Shown here piece by piece: positions 23,894 to 37,494 of a stretch of DNA of 64,000 bases. Origin of the DNA: Lytechinus pictus. Its lineage: Eukaryota. Numbering within the stretch: position 1 is the first letter of the stretch; every line of letters begins with the position of its first letter. The notes beneath the pieces were generated by a model. It was not told where the DNA came from and made no database searches. It saw only the letters and a list, made by a program, of their open reading frames with translations. Location: assembly GCF_037042905.1 (NCBI RefSeq), contig NC_087252.1, positions 10,232,001 to 10,296,000 on the forward strand, written 5' to 3'. The translations under genes were made by a program, and so were the position numbers.

Positions 23894-26437
23894 CAATAAA
23901 CAAAATATAGCAATCGCAGTCCCGTAACCAGGATGAGTTCTCTGGGTTACGAGGAATCCCGCCGCTTGCCAAAAGCCAAAATAAAATGGGGAAATGAATA
24001 ATAAAAAAGTAAGGTGAATGAAACATAAGGCTAAAAATTCACAAATACATAAATTATTAACGGAATCTATATGATCTAATCGCGATTTATTTTTATTATT
24101 TTGTTTCATCGAGATTACGCATCCTGTTCGTGATTTTAAAAAATGACGAATAGCCAAAATGTTTGATTATCGAAGTACGTATTTTATTTATAAATTCCAA
24201 CAAACCGTGAGTGTTTAAAATACCCCTTTCCATGTTTTCATGTCAGTAGGCTTATATCGATTATTTCAACGCTTTTCATGCGCAGTAAAGGGGTCAACCA
24301 GGCTGAAAATATGATCTGAACAGATAATAATCAGACAAACAAAATACTGCAAAATCGAAAATCAAAATCGAACAAGGAATAACGAAGTTATGGCATTTTA
24401 AAGATTTGCATTATTTTAGTGACACAGTTTGGTCTATGCATATCTTCATGAATATTAAGAGTTGATTGATGGTGTACATACATGTACGTGTAATCCCCAC
24501 TTGTTCTTATGTATCATATTGCATGAAATTATTTTTTATTCAATTTATATCCTCTTTATTTGAAAGTGTGCTTAAATGTCTGGTTTTCATATTGGAATGA
24601 CACATATTTTCAGCTCGCGCTTCGCACACACTGCGCATTATTTCCTTAGCAAGACATCCATCCTTTTTATGATTACAAAAAGTTAGTAGAATGTCCCGTC
24701 TTGGGGACTAAACCTCAAAAAGCGCGCGTTTTACCTTTGCAATAATTGTTTATTGGATATATCTTGTTCTCAAATTAAAACGTCAAAAAATTATTGTTTT
24801 CAGATCCAAAAAAATCAGTCGTGTCAATAGAGATACCCATTATTGTAATTGGTACAAAGAGTGTTTAGAATGTCAAGCTTTCAGTCAGAATACGAAAAAA
24901 ATCAGCTAGCACTTTGAACTCGCATTAATAGTTTATTCAGATAACATCCTGATCATTTTTACAAAAAATGCTAGAATTTCAAGTTTTCAGGTTAAACTAT
25001 ACACAAGTTTTAGCTCGCGCTTTGCGCTCACATTTTTGATCGATGATACATTAATCCTCCTCATGAGTCATTGCAAACAGTTTTTCTTTCTCTTTAAGCT
25101 TATTTTTTCTCCTTCCCATCCTCTATACCATTTCTGCCGACTTCAGCATTAGACAAAGCCATGTCACCTGTTCTGGAACTAGAATCGTACTGTCAATCTC
25201 AGCAAAGTACAGCAGAGAAGTGTATTAACTTCCGTAACAGTAATTGTTACGGAAGTTAATGCGCTTTATATAGCAAAGGAAGTTAGAAATTTTAAGTTCT
25301 AAAGAAGATGCCAATATTCAAAATTTGTAGTATGAATCATTTAAAATTCCAAAAACATTAAATATCATATTTAATTATCGGGAAATTGTTTTCGCTGGCA
25401 ATTTTCCCTCTTTTCAAAGTGATGTTGAAAATAAGGTGTGTAATAATAATTTGACAATGATGAATAGCTATGATTTTTATGGGTACCTAGGTGGAGGGTA
25501 CCTTATATGATTTATATCTGTATGATCCAGAGTGATTAAGTAAAGCACAAATTTGTAGCATATTCAAGAAAAAAAGTTACGGAAGTTAATGCGTTACGGA
25601 AGTTAATGTCTTTATGCTTTATGGTCCAACGTGGTCCTTATTTAGCAGCCCTAACTTTGAAAATTGTATTTATCATGAAAGGTGTCTCTTATCCTATATA
25701 ATACTGAATCCCTAACAGAACTGCCAAAGTGCATATTTTCTTAAGGTGCGTTACGGATGTTAAAGCTGTATAGTCATACATTTCATTTTTTAAGAATAGT
25801 CCTTTATTTCCGTGTAATACAGGAAACACATATGATTATTCCCTATCAATTATTTATTGATGAATATCACTCTACTTGCAGACACATTATCACATAATAT
25901 CATTCAGTTTGAAAGGGAGAAAAAACTTGTGGCAGTCTTCGTTACGGAGGTTAAAATGAATTTGGGACAAAGTTAAAAGTGAAATTAATCACAAACGGAT
26001 CATTAAGTACTAGGATAAGCGCAGTATGTCAGACGTTTACACCAAGCTGCCCTCACCAGACATTAATGTAGGTAAGAAATACAGACTACTTAAGAAAGAG
26101 AATGATAGTAAAATCTAAAACTGACCCGAGACAGCGTCGATTCTAACAAAAAGCAAAAATAAAAGGCTTTTGTAAAAAAATTAGAGCTTTATTAGTCACT
26201 GGTTGCATATGCTTTGTGGAGCTAGTCTATTATTGTCCTTTTCTTGATAATATTTTTGTAGAAAATGTTCAGGGTTGTGAAGCTAGCGGCCATAAGATAG
26301 TCGAGACACGGTTTTTGTGAATTGTAACATTTTTTTGAGAATGACCCTGGAATGTTCTTTGATGACGAACAGGACTACATGTTAAATTGTTTCAGAATCT
26401 GCAGATTGCATTCAATTTGTACGATCCCTGCTTTTAA

Positions 26438-26862
26438 AGGGGAAGGTCACGCTGACGAATAGCTTGGTTTAGAAAATGAAAAAATAAACAAAATTATTAG
26501 TGAAGGATTGAGGGAATTCCTCTAAAAACTTTTTTGTTTTTATTTGTGACGTCATAAACGAGCAGCCGCCCCATATGGTCTGTAATATAAAATGCGTAAA
26601 TTTCAAGTTTGTAATGGTTCATGATGACTGAAAGGTTTATTTTTTATGAAATTACATTAGGCCTACATTGATTTCTTTTTAATTTACGATTCATGCGAAG
26701 CTGCTCGCATATGAAATCTCAATTAAAAAAGGAACATTCTAGGAACGTTTTAAATCTTTGCTGAATTTTCCTCAACCCTCCACCAATATCTCTATCTTAT
26801 TTTTTCATTATTTTGTTGATTATCTTTAATACTTTAAAATATTCGTCAAGGTGTACTTCCCT
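26438..26862. mobile_element. Kolobok-like family K1, decayed
   Basis: TTAA|AGGGGAAGGTCACGCTGACG ... CGTCAAGGTGTACTTCCCT. Confidence 0.7.
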
Positions 26863-27523
26863 TTTTAATAATTAATCTTGCTTTAATATCTACATCATAC
26901 AAGTCTCTATTGATAGGAATATGTCAATCATTGAAGGAGAGTTAAACCCAGTTTGTATGAACGCAGACAAATCGTAAAATAAGATCAATGACAAAAACAA
27001 TTGGAGAACAAATTTGCTCATTTGAACGTCGAAATCCATAATGCTATGGAGATCTTCCCATCGATAATGCGACCAAGATTTATAATGTCACTTACACCAT
27101 GGAGCTACAATAACGTTTCCAAAAATGTATAGTGTTCAATTTCTCCAGAAATATATCAAGCGAATGCTAACATGTGAATTTAGTCTACCTGACTACAATT
27201 TCCTTGGTATTTTCAGAGCAAATTGTGTATTTGAGTAGTCGCATAAAATGTCCCCATCATGTATGCTCTGAATTTGCTCTTGTATAGCAGATTATAATCA
27301 TAGCGTCATTGTTGATAAGGCGAACAACCTGCCAACCATACCAACGGTGTACATTAGTGTGATCTTCTTTGCCTCCATGCCATAAAATGTTCATGATAAA
27401 TGTGAAAATAACACTAGAGGTAACAATGGAAGAAAATAGTTTTGAATCCCTAGCGTTGGCTATTTTATCAACAACAAAAATTAACAAAGGAATTAGCATC
27501 ACCCATACGGTCACACCCCACCT

Positions 27524-27684
27524 GGGGGTCGTTTCATAAAGTTGTTCGTAATTTAAGAGCGACTTTAAGAACGACTGGTTAACCTAATTTCTTACGCGCT
27601 TAAATACCATTTACCACAAGAAAAGATCACCGGTCGTTCTTAAAGACGCTCTTAACTTACGAACAGCTTCATGAAACACCCACC
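27524..27684. mobile_element. MITE family M4 (GTTTCATAAAG.TGTTCGTAA.TTAAGAGCGACTTTAAG TIR)
   Basis: ~55-bp TIRs; related copies at 35191-35974 and 39067-39488. Confidence 0.85.
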
Positions 27685-28937
27685 AGGATATGTCGATTCT
27701 TTCCCGCCATTGTTGCAATCTGCGAACGGATTCGAGTGTGTCTTGTATAGACAATGACGAAATGTAAACATAATTCAACTTGCAGAATGATGGATATATT
27801 GGAAACAAAAAACACATGCATGACAAGTGGGGAAAGGGATAACCCCCAAACTGCCCAAATTTGTTAAAATGACGGGCTCAATGAAAATGATTAAGTGACG
27901 GGTGACGCACTTTGTATTTGTTGTTTATTGTGAAACGTGATATTTTTTAAAGTAAATTGCACAAGCAATCAGGGGCGGAAATCTCTCCAAAAAGGTAGGG
28001 GGACGAGGGGCTTTAAGATTTGACAAGCAAAAAAAAAGAGAAAGAAAAAAGATTATCACCCAAAGTTTAAGGTCATTTCGACGAAAATAAATTTGACAAG
28101 CAAAAAAAAAAGGTTATCATGCCAAAAGTAAGGTCATCTCGTCCGAAAATACATGTTTTATTTCGATTTTGAATGATGTATTTATTACCATTATAAAATA
28201 CCAAAAATAGTAGGGGGACATTGGATACATTGTGTCCCCCTACTATTGTAACCCCCTGTCCTCCTGAGATTTCCGCCCATGCAGGCAGTGAATATAGATA
28301 TGTCCTTATGTTTGGATAGACACAACTATCGTTGTACTTGTTCTCTAAAGCAATAGGCACAAATAATTTAAGCCATTGCCACATGGGAAGTTTCGCCTTA
28401 CGAGGTCCCCAGCAAGGAAACCGTTGGATTTTGGTTGGGTGTGGTAGGTCCATGTTTTGACCAGTCAGACTGCAGTATTAAGGTGTAAATTGTGCTCACT
28501 TAGAAAAAAAATCTTTCTTTTGAAACCTTTAGTATTTAAAAGGTTGGGTCATGAGATTTCTCACGATATTTTATTTTGGCTCAAGCAAAATACATGTAGA
28601 GTGAAAAACAATTTTTGTTTCAAGCAAAATAATTTGTTAGTATGTGTTAGATTCAAAATTTGTTACCTATTTATGAAAGTTAGGAATAAAATCAGACACA
28701 TAGCATTCGAAAATGACTCTTCCCCGTAGCATGCTTTATGATAAAAGATTTAGAGCAGAGAATTGAATGAGACAGTCTCAAACATTTCGTTTTCATAATT
28801 CTACGAGTATTCGCTAATTCATTCCATGGATGTTTACATTAATGTAACGATTTTTTTCGAAGAGCGAGCAAGCTACTTATCATTTTAAGAGGCCATCGTG
28901 TTTTTTCAGCATTAACATTACATATACTTGAATATCT

Positions 28938-30249
28938 GGGGCCCGTGTTACAGAGTTACGATTGATCCAATCATTCGTAGCTCTATGGAAATCCATCAGT
29001 GTCATAAATTATTCTCCAGGATATTTGCACAATACCCTTTGTAAGCGAAGAGAAGCACAGTGAATTTTGAAGAAAGAAAAGTAATGTATGAATATACATC
29101 ATAGCTAGAAAATATTTGAACAAACATGCAAAATACTTGTTGACGTTGATGACTGTCAATACTTGCGATTGATCGGACCAATCGCAACTCTTTGTACACT
29201 CTAAAAAACGAAGTGCTAATTCAGCTCTTAAAGACCCTGACCGGTGTAAAAACAATCATATATCAAAATAAAGGTAATGATTCATACAATACAGATATAC
29301 CAAAAATATTACATATATCTCCTTCCAATAGTTAAAAATATTTAATAAAAATCAAAGAAACTGCTCCTCCAAAGTACGCTTCGATTGAGCACCCCCACGT
29401 CGCCTGGAAATGATGACTTCACGATGTGTCAGGAGGGTTGTGATTCCATAGGTTTGTGTACAAAAGCATTGGGTATTTTCTTTCATTTCCATTTTATGAA
29501 TCCATTTTTTTTTTTTCGTTTTTAGATGAAAATCACCTTCAAAATTATTCACTGTTCAAATTGTTGTAAACCTACAACTATTCACTACCTTTTTTGTGAT
29601 TTCTTTGTTTGGCTCTTATTGGGCCTAAATTGCTATGTCAGGAAAAGTTGTTATACATTATCTAAATGCAGATAGAATTGAAATCTGCGCCAAATAAGCA
29701 GGAAATAAAATATGGCAAAAACTAGTTCAAAACTGTAGATTTCATAAATTCAATCATGTGGGTAAAAACATATGTGATATCCCTCTGTGATAGAAGTGAA
29801 GAGAATGAAATGCGTTATCTGGAAAGCAAAAAAATCATCCAGTTTTTCTGTGTACAAACCTATGGAATCACGACGCTTCTTACACAACGTGACGTCACGG
29901 TCTCGAGGCAGGTGAAAAGCACAATAAAGCCTATTTTCTAAGCGGGGTTCGAAGCCCGATAATTGGAATATTCTTAAGCAAAATACTCAGCTGGGAAGCG
30001 GTGAAAATGCATAAAGCATACCTTGCTGTATTTAGTAGCTTATAAGCTTTCGATTGGTATATAATTTATCAATTTCATTTTCGGGTCCGGTCTGGATCTT
30101 TAAAGAGCGTGTATAGTGACTGCACTTCGGAGTGCTGATTTTTTAGTTAAAATTTGAACGAGAAAATCAGCACTCCAAAGTGCAGTCACTATACACGCTC
30201 CTTAAGAGCTAAATTAGCACTCCAGTTTTTAGAGTGTAAGACGGGGCCC
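28938..30249. mobile_element. Three-level nest: M2 MITE > M3 MITE (29197-30236, TA TSD) > TTAA-TSD element (29232-30099)
   Basis: Removing each insert restores the host element; TTAA at 29228-29231 and 30100-30103; TA at 29195-29196 and 30237-30238. Confidence 0.88.
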
Positions 30250-30433
30250 TGGTCATTTTCTTTCTTTCTTTCTTTTTTGGGGTTGCTTTATCATTTGCCA
30301 AATATACTACAAATTCTATAATCATTTTGTAGAAGAAATAAGAGACCAAACAAAGTGCTGAAGAGCTCGCTCCCCCTTTAACATTTAAACATTTTTTCCC
30401 CCAGAGACTAACATTAAGACAACCCATCGCGTC

Positions 30434-30482
30434 ATGAAGCTGATGCCCGTTCTTACGTTCTTGTTGTTCTCTCTGATCGCCG
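30434..30482 (+). CDS. Ly6/uPAR gene B, signal-peptide exon; spliced CDS 49+110+186 nt = 114 aa, 12-Cys LU domain, GPI-anchored
   Basis: ttttttcccccag| upstream; MKLMPVLTFLLFSLIA+G|gtaagg, phase 1. Confidence 0.9.
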
Positions 30483-31444
30483 GTAAGGATACTCCCTATA
30501 TTTTCCTGTTTATTTGTCCTTTTATTTTCCTCTTGACTTGAATTTCTCCCTTAAAACTGAGCCATAAATAAAAGAATTAAAGTGTAATACAAATTTAATA
30601 AACTGGAACAAGTAAAAAGGTGTTATTTCCTTCCATTATTGGACGAAAGCAAATTAGCCGATTGCATTAAGTTTCACAGTTCGATGGATTTCTTGCATAC
30701 GAAGTCTTTCCGAAACTATCTAGTACCCGAAATTATAATTATTAACAATTTTTTGTTCTACTCCAAGAATGTAGAAACATGATGTAATATTGATTAAGTG
30801 TGTTTTGCTGGTCATTCCTTTTTTCTAGTGCGTTGCTCGTTTAGTTTGACTCTTTTCTTTCAATTACGTAGTATCTTTATTGTTCAAAGTTCAACCCAAC
30901 GCAAAAATTGTTTAAATAAAAAGAGAACAAAATTAAACAAGCATCACAATGAAAATTTCATCAAAATCGGTTCGAAAATAGGAAAGTTATGTTATTTTAA
31001 AATTTCGCTTAATTTCACAAAACAGTTATATTCACATCCTGGTCAGTATGAAAATGAAGACACCGATGGCATCATCCACTATTTCTTTCGTATTTCTTGA
31101 AATGTGAATTATTCTTACTTTATGTTCATTGTCGTGTGAAACAAACGTTTATTCCTCCCTGAACACGTGGAATTACCATTGTTTTAATATTTTGTGGTTA
31201 AAACAAGAGGGCCCTTATTGCATTTTTTTTTATTAAGGAAGGCCATCATTGATTCTCTCATTTATCTCTGAATTGTGCGTACAACTGTTTTGTGAAAAAC
31301 CAGCTTAACCTTAAAATGTCACAACTTTCTTATTTTAAACATGTGATTTTTATGAAATTATTAGTTTTAGATTTTTGTCTACTGATTCAAATAAAATTTC
31401 TTCTGGAGTAAACTTGACATTTGGTTTCTTTGCAAGAAACCAAG

Positions 31445-31554
31445 GAACCATGGCAACTGTCAGTTGCTACGATTGCAGAGGTTCAGAATGTGGAGATCCT
31501 TTCAACCCGCTTCTTCAAGGAGAATCACTTACTACTTGTCCAACCTACTGTTTG
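31445..31554 (+). CDS. Ly6/uPAR gene B, coding exon 2
   Basis: aaccaag|GA ACC ATG GCA...; GTMATVSCYDCRGSECGDPFNPLLQGESLTTCPTYCL|gtaagt, phase 1-0. Confidence 0.9.
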
Positions 31555-31788
31555 GTAAGTCTCCCTCTCGTGTCCCTCCAATACCGTGATTTCGATTACT
31601 CAAAATTTTAAAGAAAAACAGTGAAAACTATAAATACATCGATGGTTGACTGAAGGGGCTATTAAACTTTTTTCTGGGGGGAGCATCGCTGAAAAGTTAC
31701 AAATAACTTATAAATTAGTGATCCTGTAATATAGCAGCAGTGCTGATTTTGAAAACGATTATAAGAGTAATCAAGTATCACTGAACAT

Positions 31789-31940
31789 CAGTGTTGTAGT
31801 GCCTTGATACTCGGCCTTGGCCTTAAGGCGCCTTAAGGCCTACTTTTCCAAAGCCTTGGCCTTGAACATTGAAGCCTTGGCCTTGAGGATTTTGAGCCTT
31901 GAAATTTCAAGGCATTTTCAAGGCTTTTTCAAGGCATTTT
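31789..31940. mobile_element. One end of a hAT-like element with GCCTTG/CAAGGC subterminal repeats
   Basis: CAGTGTTGTAGTGCCTTGA start with about a dozen GCCTT/AAGGC units; other end not found. Confidence 0.5.
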
Positions 31941-34069
31941 GTATTTTGTACTTTCATTTGTTTTTATTTAAGTAATTATAAATGCTTCAAATGTTCTGTA
32001 TATCTAATGACACTAAATACTACCAGTCAGCAGTAGTAAGTGTACTTAGCAGTGCCATTAATTGCAATTATCACAATTATCAAGAATTATCACCACATAA
32101 TTATGTAACAAAGAGAAGTGATGAAAATTAACATTGATTATTGGTAACAGTTATAATCATGACTAATGATGATAATGACAATATCAATAATAATGATTAT
32201 AAGAATTTTAGTGATTTTATGACAGGAATAATTTTGAGAGATCTGACTGCAAATTTGACAACAATTTTCATACTTTAAAAATAGCTTACTGTAAAGAATG
32301 ATAACAAGGTTGATTTCTATTCAATTAGGGTTTTTCTTGTATTATTTTCTTTGACCAACAAGAATGTTTTAAGTTTTAATGATATTCTGAAAAGATTCGG
32401 TAAACTTGAACACAATCTTCAATTTTGTCATTTCCAAATGGGCTACGTCAATGGTATGATGAGCCAAATATTTTGAGGGGCCAAGCATGGCATACAGAAC
32501 AAAATTTCTGCCCCCTTAAAAGTTGAAAGCGATTGAAGCGAGCAAGTGAGCACAATTTCTCACCCTTTTACTATCAGAAAAGCTAATTTTGTGATATATT
32601 GTGACAATATGTTAAGAAAATGATATCACATTTAAATCCTTTATTTTAATAAGTTTATTCTTGGTGATGGAACTTCTTCTCTCTCTCTCTCTCTTCTGGG
32701 GGGCGGGGTCTGAAATTAAACAGACGAGAAAGAGGAATGGGAAGAGAGATAGAGAGGAGACGGGGGAGGCTGGTTACGCAAAATATACTGCAAAATTAGT
32801 TGAAAGGCAGTACATTTAATTCAATTGTTTATAGTTTGTTTTGGGTCTAGCGTCTCATATTGACAAAACAAAACATTATGGTTCGACAGTGAATTTAATT
32901 TCACTACAGTTTCAAGGAAACAAAAAAAATATTTGTTTTTGTGTCAGTGTGGTTTAATAATAGAGAATTCTACTTTATTGTTTCAAGAAATAATTAGGAT
33001 ATTATTTTATATCCTTTTGAATATAACTTTTTTTTAGTATTCTTTATTCCGGTTTCTGAGGTAAATTAAATGGAAAAGATACAATAAATGAGAATTGAAA
33101 TTCAAAAGTGGTTGTAAGCAGAAAAACCATGAAAACCTAAAAATGACTAATTTTCGGGTCAGCATTTGAAATTTTCAACTTGCGCTTTGTGCTCTCTTGC
33201 CCCCCCCCCCCCCCCCAAAAAAAAAAAAAAATCTCTGTAGAAAAATATGCCTTTTTCCAAAATAAAAAATTGCTTTTTCCAAATTAAATATGCCCCTTTT
33301 CAAAAAGAAATATTTTTTATAGTATTGAAAATAAGACATTTTAGGTTCCAAAATCACCAAATTTTTTATCGCGCTCGCATAAATTATTGTTAAGTAAAGT
33401 TCTCATTCCATTTACACAAAAATGCTTAGAATGTCCAGTTTTCAGGTTGGAATATCACAAATTTTTGAGCTCGCGCTTTGCGCTCACATTACTTGATTGG
33501 TGTTATGTATCCTATTTATGAGTCACTAAATGCAGTCCAGAACAGCTTCATTTTCTGGTCAGTAAAAATTTCAGCATGCGCTTCGCGCTCGCGTTCATTA
33601 TTTAGTAAGATTGGCATCTTTTTCATGATTACAAACACAGTTCGGGATATTTAAATTTCATTTCTTATTACACAAATGTCCAGAAGTTTGAGCTCGTGAT
33701 TCGTGCTGGCAACATCTCGCAAGGATGCCCTTTTAACAGTGATTAGCACCATAATTGACCAAAAATAAAGTTTTACAACTTCAGAATTGATTTTTTTTTC
33801 AAAACCGCTTGCTCGCTACGCTTTCTAGCGGAAATTTAAAGCCTAAATCAAAATATCTGTCTTATCAGTTAGAAATCACTTATAAAAGGCTTTGCTGAAC
33901 TTAATTTCGAAAACACACAACTTCTTCACACAGTTGATAATCTCACTTTGAAAATATATGTTTGCGCCAAAATGCTCATTTTGACTAATATTGTAAGTGC
34001 ATTTTTTGGCTTTGACCCCCCAAACAAAAATACATTCTGCCTCCTCTGTCCCAGGGAGTGGAGAAAGCA

Positions 34070-34475
34070 TACGTTGAGAATGGGCATGTCAGGTTCAGAT
34101 CACCTTGGTAATAATGGTTATTGAACATCCTGGAGTGCATGAGTTTCAGGTTACATGATCAAGGTCAAAGGTCAATCAAGGTCGATGAAATTTGGTCATA
34201 TTGGGGTATTTGTTGAATTGACATCACAACTATGAAAGTTTATGGAAATAGTTCATGAAATGTGGTAATCAAGTATCACCGATGATCTTACACAAGTCTT
34301 AGGTCACATGATCAAGGTCAAATATCATTTAGGGTCAATAAACACAGTATTTTATTATTATACGGATGGTGTGGGTTTTTTTAATAGTTATTCTATATTC
34401 GTTTTCAAAATCAGCACTGCTGCTGTATTGAACCGCGTAATACAAGCGAGACTGCCAGAGGCGATCCACTTGTCA
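34070..34475 (+). mobile_element. Helentron/HINE-like non-autonomous repeat with AGGTCA-rich units
   Basis: Repeated agg(t/c)tacatgatcaaggtcaaa-type units (~160 bp apart); ends gcgagactgccagaggcgatccacttgt; 30-bp inverted match at 31728-31757. Class is an inference. Confidence 0.5.
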
Positions 34476-35190
34476 GTTAATACATGTAGTCACAAAAAAT
34501 CAAATCATCTGTACAGCAGGCTGGAGATTAGTGTTAATCACATTTCGGTAATAAATTCTTATTGGTAAAACAATGACTGATTGCTGACATAAAAGGTGCA
34601 CAGGCCGAAACAGGAGACAATGTTTCTTGTCCTAAAATATCAGATACGGTCAATTTTGTCAGATATGGTCAAATATTACAGTATTGTTTTTTTCCCTCTC
34701 CATCAAGTTGCTCCAATAGTGCCTAATAATCTTACCATCGTAGTTTTGAGATTACAGTATACATACACGAATTTCTTCTAACAATATCACGTAAGGCTAT
34801 TTTTGACAACTTACCCTGACTTAAACGAATCAATTGATTTTTTTAAAGCAAAAACTCCCCTCTTTGCTGCACGAACACACAAAAAAAGAATATTTTCATC
34901 AAGCATATTTCGTCCAGATCTTTGCAAGCATGACTGGCTACGAGACAATATTAAAATATCAGTTGCGTCAGGTTGCTGGTTAAGGAATTAAAAAAGGAGG
35001 AAAGAATGTTCTAACTTGTGTGTGAATGCATCGATTCCTCCTTCCACATACATACCTACATGTACACACCTAGCCCCCACACCCCAACAAACACACAACC
35101 ACTCACCCACAAAACATATTACTTCTCACATAAACACGTCGCCCACACACACTTTAGAGCTCAACACAAGTAGCTGCTTCCAAACCAGGT

Positions 35191-35974
35191 GGGTGTTTCA
35201 TAAAGCTGTTCGAAAGTTAAGAGCGACTTTAAGGACTGGTGACCCTTTCATACGCGCTAAATAATCACAAACGAACATGTAATGGTGAATATCATTTACC
35301 ACAGGAAAGGATAACAAGTCGGTCTTAAAGGTCAAGTCCACCCCAGAAAAATGTTGATTTGAATAAAAGAGAAAAATCCAACAAGCACAACACTGAAAAT
35401 TTCATGAAAATCGGATGTAAAATAATAAAGTTATGACATTTTAAATTTTCGCTTAGTTTTCACAAAACAGTTTATATGCACAACTCAGGGACATGCAAAT
35501 GGAGAGTAGATGATGTCTATCACTCACTATTTCTTCTTTTTTTATTGTTTGAATTATACAATTTTTTCATTTTTACAGATTTGAAAATAAGGACCAATTT
35601 GATTGAACGATATAGTATTAAACAATGCTAATTGCACATGTTCAGGGAGGAATTAATCGTTGTTTCACACGACAACAGGGAGAAAATTGGAATATTTCAT
35701 ATTTCACATAATAAGATACTAAAGAAATAGTGAGTGAGTGATGTCATCAGTCTCCTCATTTGCATACTGACAAGGATGTGAATATAACTGTTTTGTGAAA
35801 TTAAACGAAACTTTGAAATGTCATAATTTTCTTATTTTCCATTCGTTTTTTATGAAATATTTAGTCTTATGCTTGTTGGGCTTTTCTCTTTTTATTCAAA
35901 TCAACTTTTCGTTAGGGTGGACTTTTCCTTTAAAGTTACTCTAAACGTATGAACAGCTTTCTGAAACGGCCCCC
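35191..35974. mobile_element. M4 MITE interrupted by Kolobok-like family K2 element (35329-35929, TTAA TSD)
   Basis: TTAA|AGGTCAAGTCCACCCC ... GGGTGGACTTTTCCT|TTAA; further K2 copies at ~30886-31420, ~43400-43735, ~48155-48745, ~62290-62450. Confidence 0.85.
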
Positions 35975-36247
35975 AGTCAACCATTTTAATTGTGTTTTTT
36001 ATTTATCAACGAAAGAGATAACCAATGAGATATTAAAGGAAAAATGGTAAAATGAATACACTGCTTTGATAAGTTGTTTATAAAGTGTTTCGAAAGCATG
36101 TATGGGGATGTGGGTTAGTTTATGGTTTGAAGTGCATGTGCCAGAGAGGCGATGTGTCGCGAGTGTGAGATTGTGCGTGTGGGGTATGTTTGCGTGTGGA
36201 ATGAAGGGTAGGTATATTTCTGCGTGCGTACAATATATATATATATA

Positions 36248-37480
36248 CAGTGGCGTAACTACGGGGGGGCATGGGGGGGCACGTGCCCCCCCAATCGGCT
36301 GGCCCAAAAAAAAAAAAAAAACAACGGGGGAAAAGCAGAAAAGGAAGGAGAAAGAAAGAGAAACGTAGTGGGGAAGAAGAAATTATTGTATTTTATATAT
36401 TATATTATATTATATTATATTATATTATATTATATTATATTATATTATATTATATTATATTATATTATGTTATGTTATGTTATATTACATTATATTATAT
36501 TATATTATATTATATTATATCACATCATATTACATAAATATTTTTTTCATAAATTTATTAAACATAATTGGCTTAGGGCGTACGGAGGGCTAATGTGTTC
36601 ATCATTTCTGGTGCTTGCATTGTCTTAGTAATGAGATATATAAATTTATATATATAATCCTGTTGTACTAAAACATCCCGTTTTCAATACACCAAATATA
36701 ATTTTTCGCACTTCGAGTATTTATTGTTTTATGTAGTAACATATGCTTTTTTTAATGATTATTTCATGATTGCCCCCTTTTAAAGTCTGAATATAAAAAA
36801 TTTCCTGTCCGTGTTTGCGTTCGCATTAGTGGACTGGCGAGATGTCTGCTCTTCACATAAAAAAAAATTTCAGCTCGCGCTTCACGCTCGCATCATTTGG
36901 ATAGTGAAATATGTATGGTCTTCGTGAATTCCTACAAACAAGCCTTAGAATGCCCCTCTTCAGGTCTGAATTTCAAAATTTTCAGCTCGCGCTTCGCGCT
37001 CGCAATATTTGATTAGTCAGATATGTATCATGTTCATGATTACAATGACTACAAAAGGTGTTTCATGGGTTAGGTGTAAATCTAACAAAATCAGCAAGCG
37101 CTTGCATGGCGCTCGCATTAGATGACTATGGTTAGATATGTATGCTCTTTATGAATTCCCTAAAACAGTCCTTAAAATGTCCCTTTTTCGGGTTAATATA
37201 TACAAAAAATTTCAGCTCGCGCTTTGCGCTCGCATTGTTTGTTTTGTGAGAGAGGGACGTATCATGATTACAAAACTTTGCTTATATCCTTTCCTAGGTC
37301 TGAATATCAAAAATGTTCAGCTCGCGCTTCGCGCTCGCATTATTTGATAAGTGAGATACATATCCGTTTAATGGCACCGTCCTTAAAATGTCTCTATTAG
37401 GTCAGTATACCTGGCAAATCTCAACATTTTTGCTGGTGCCCCCCCCCCCCCCCAATGCCATGACCCACGGTACGCCACTG
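36248..37480. mobile_element. hAT-like non-autonomous element with CAGTGGCGTA TIR, carrying (TATTA)n (36395-36520) and CAGCTCGCGCTTCGCGCTCGC repeats
   Basis: CAGTGGCGTA ... TACGCCACTG inside a (TA)n tract; related internal repeats at ~24600-25080, ~33360-33830, ~54050-54440, ~58660-59470. Confidence 0.85.
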
Positions 37481-37494
37481 TATATATATATTAA

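Larger units (their letters stand above)
22195..26347. mobile_element. 4.15-kb non-autonomous DNA transposon, GGG...CCC termini, 4-bp TSD (Sola2-like)
   Basis: TGGA|GGGTCATTCTCAGAAAAATGCTACAATT ... AATTGTAACATTTTTTTGAGAATGACCC|TGGA; about nine copies of GTTACGGA(A/G/T)GTTAA inside. Confidence 0.8.

Noticed and set aside
35999..36628. ORFs with YYIIL repeats
   Set aside because: Translation of a (TATTA)n microsatellite and poly-A tracts.
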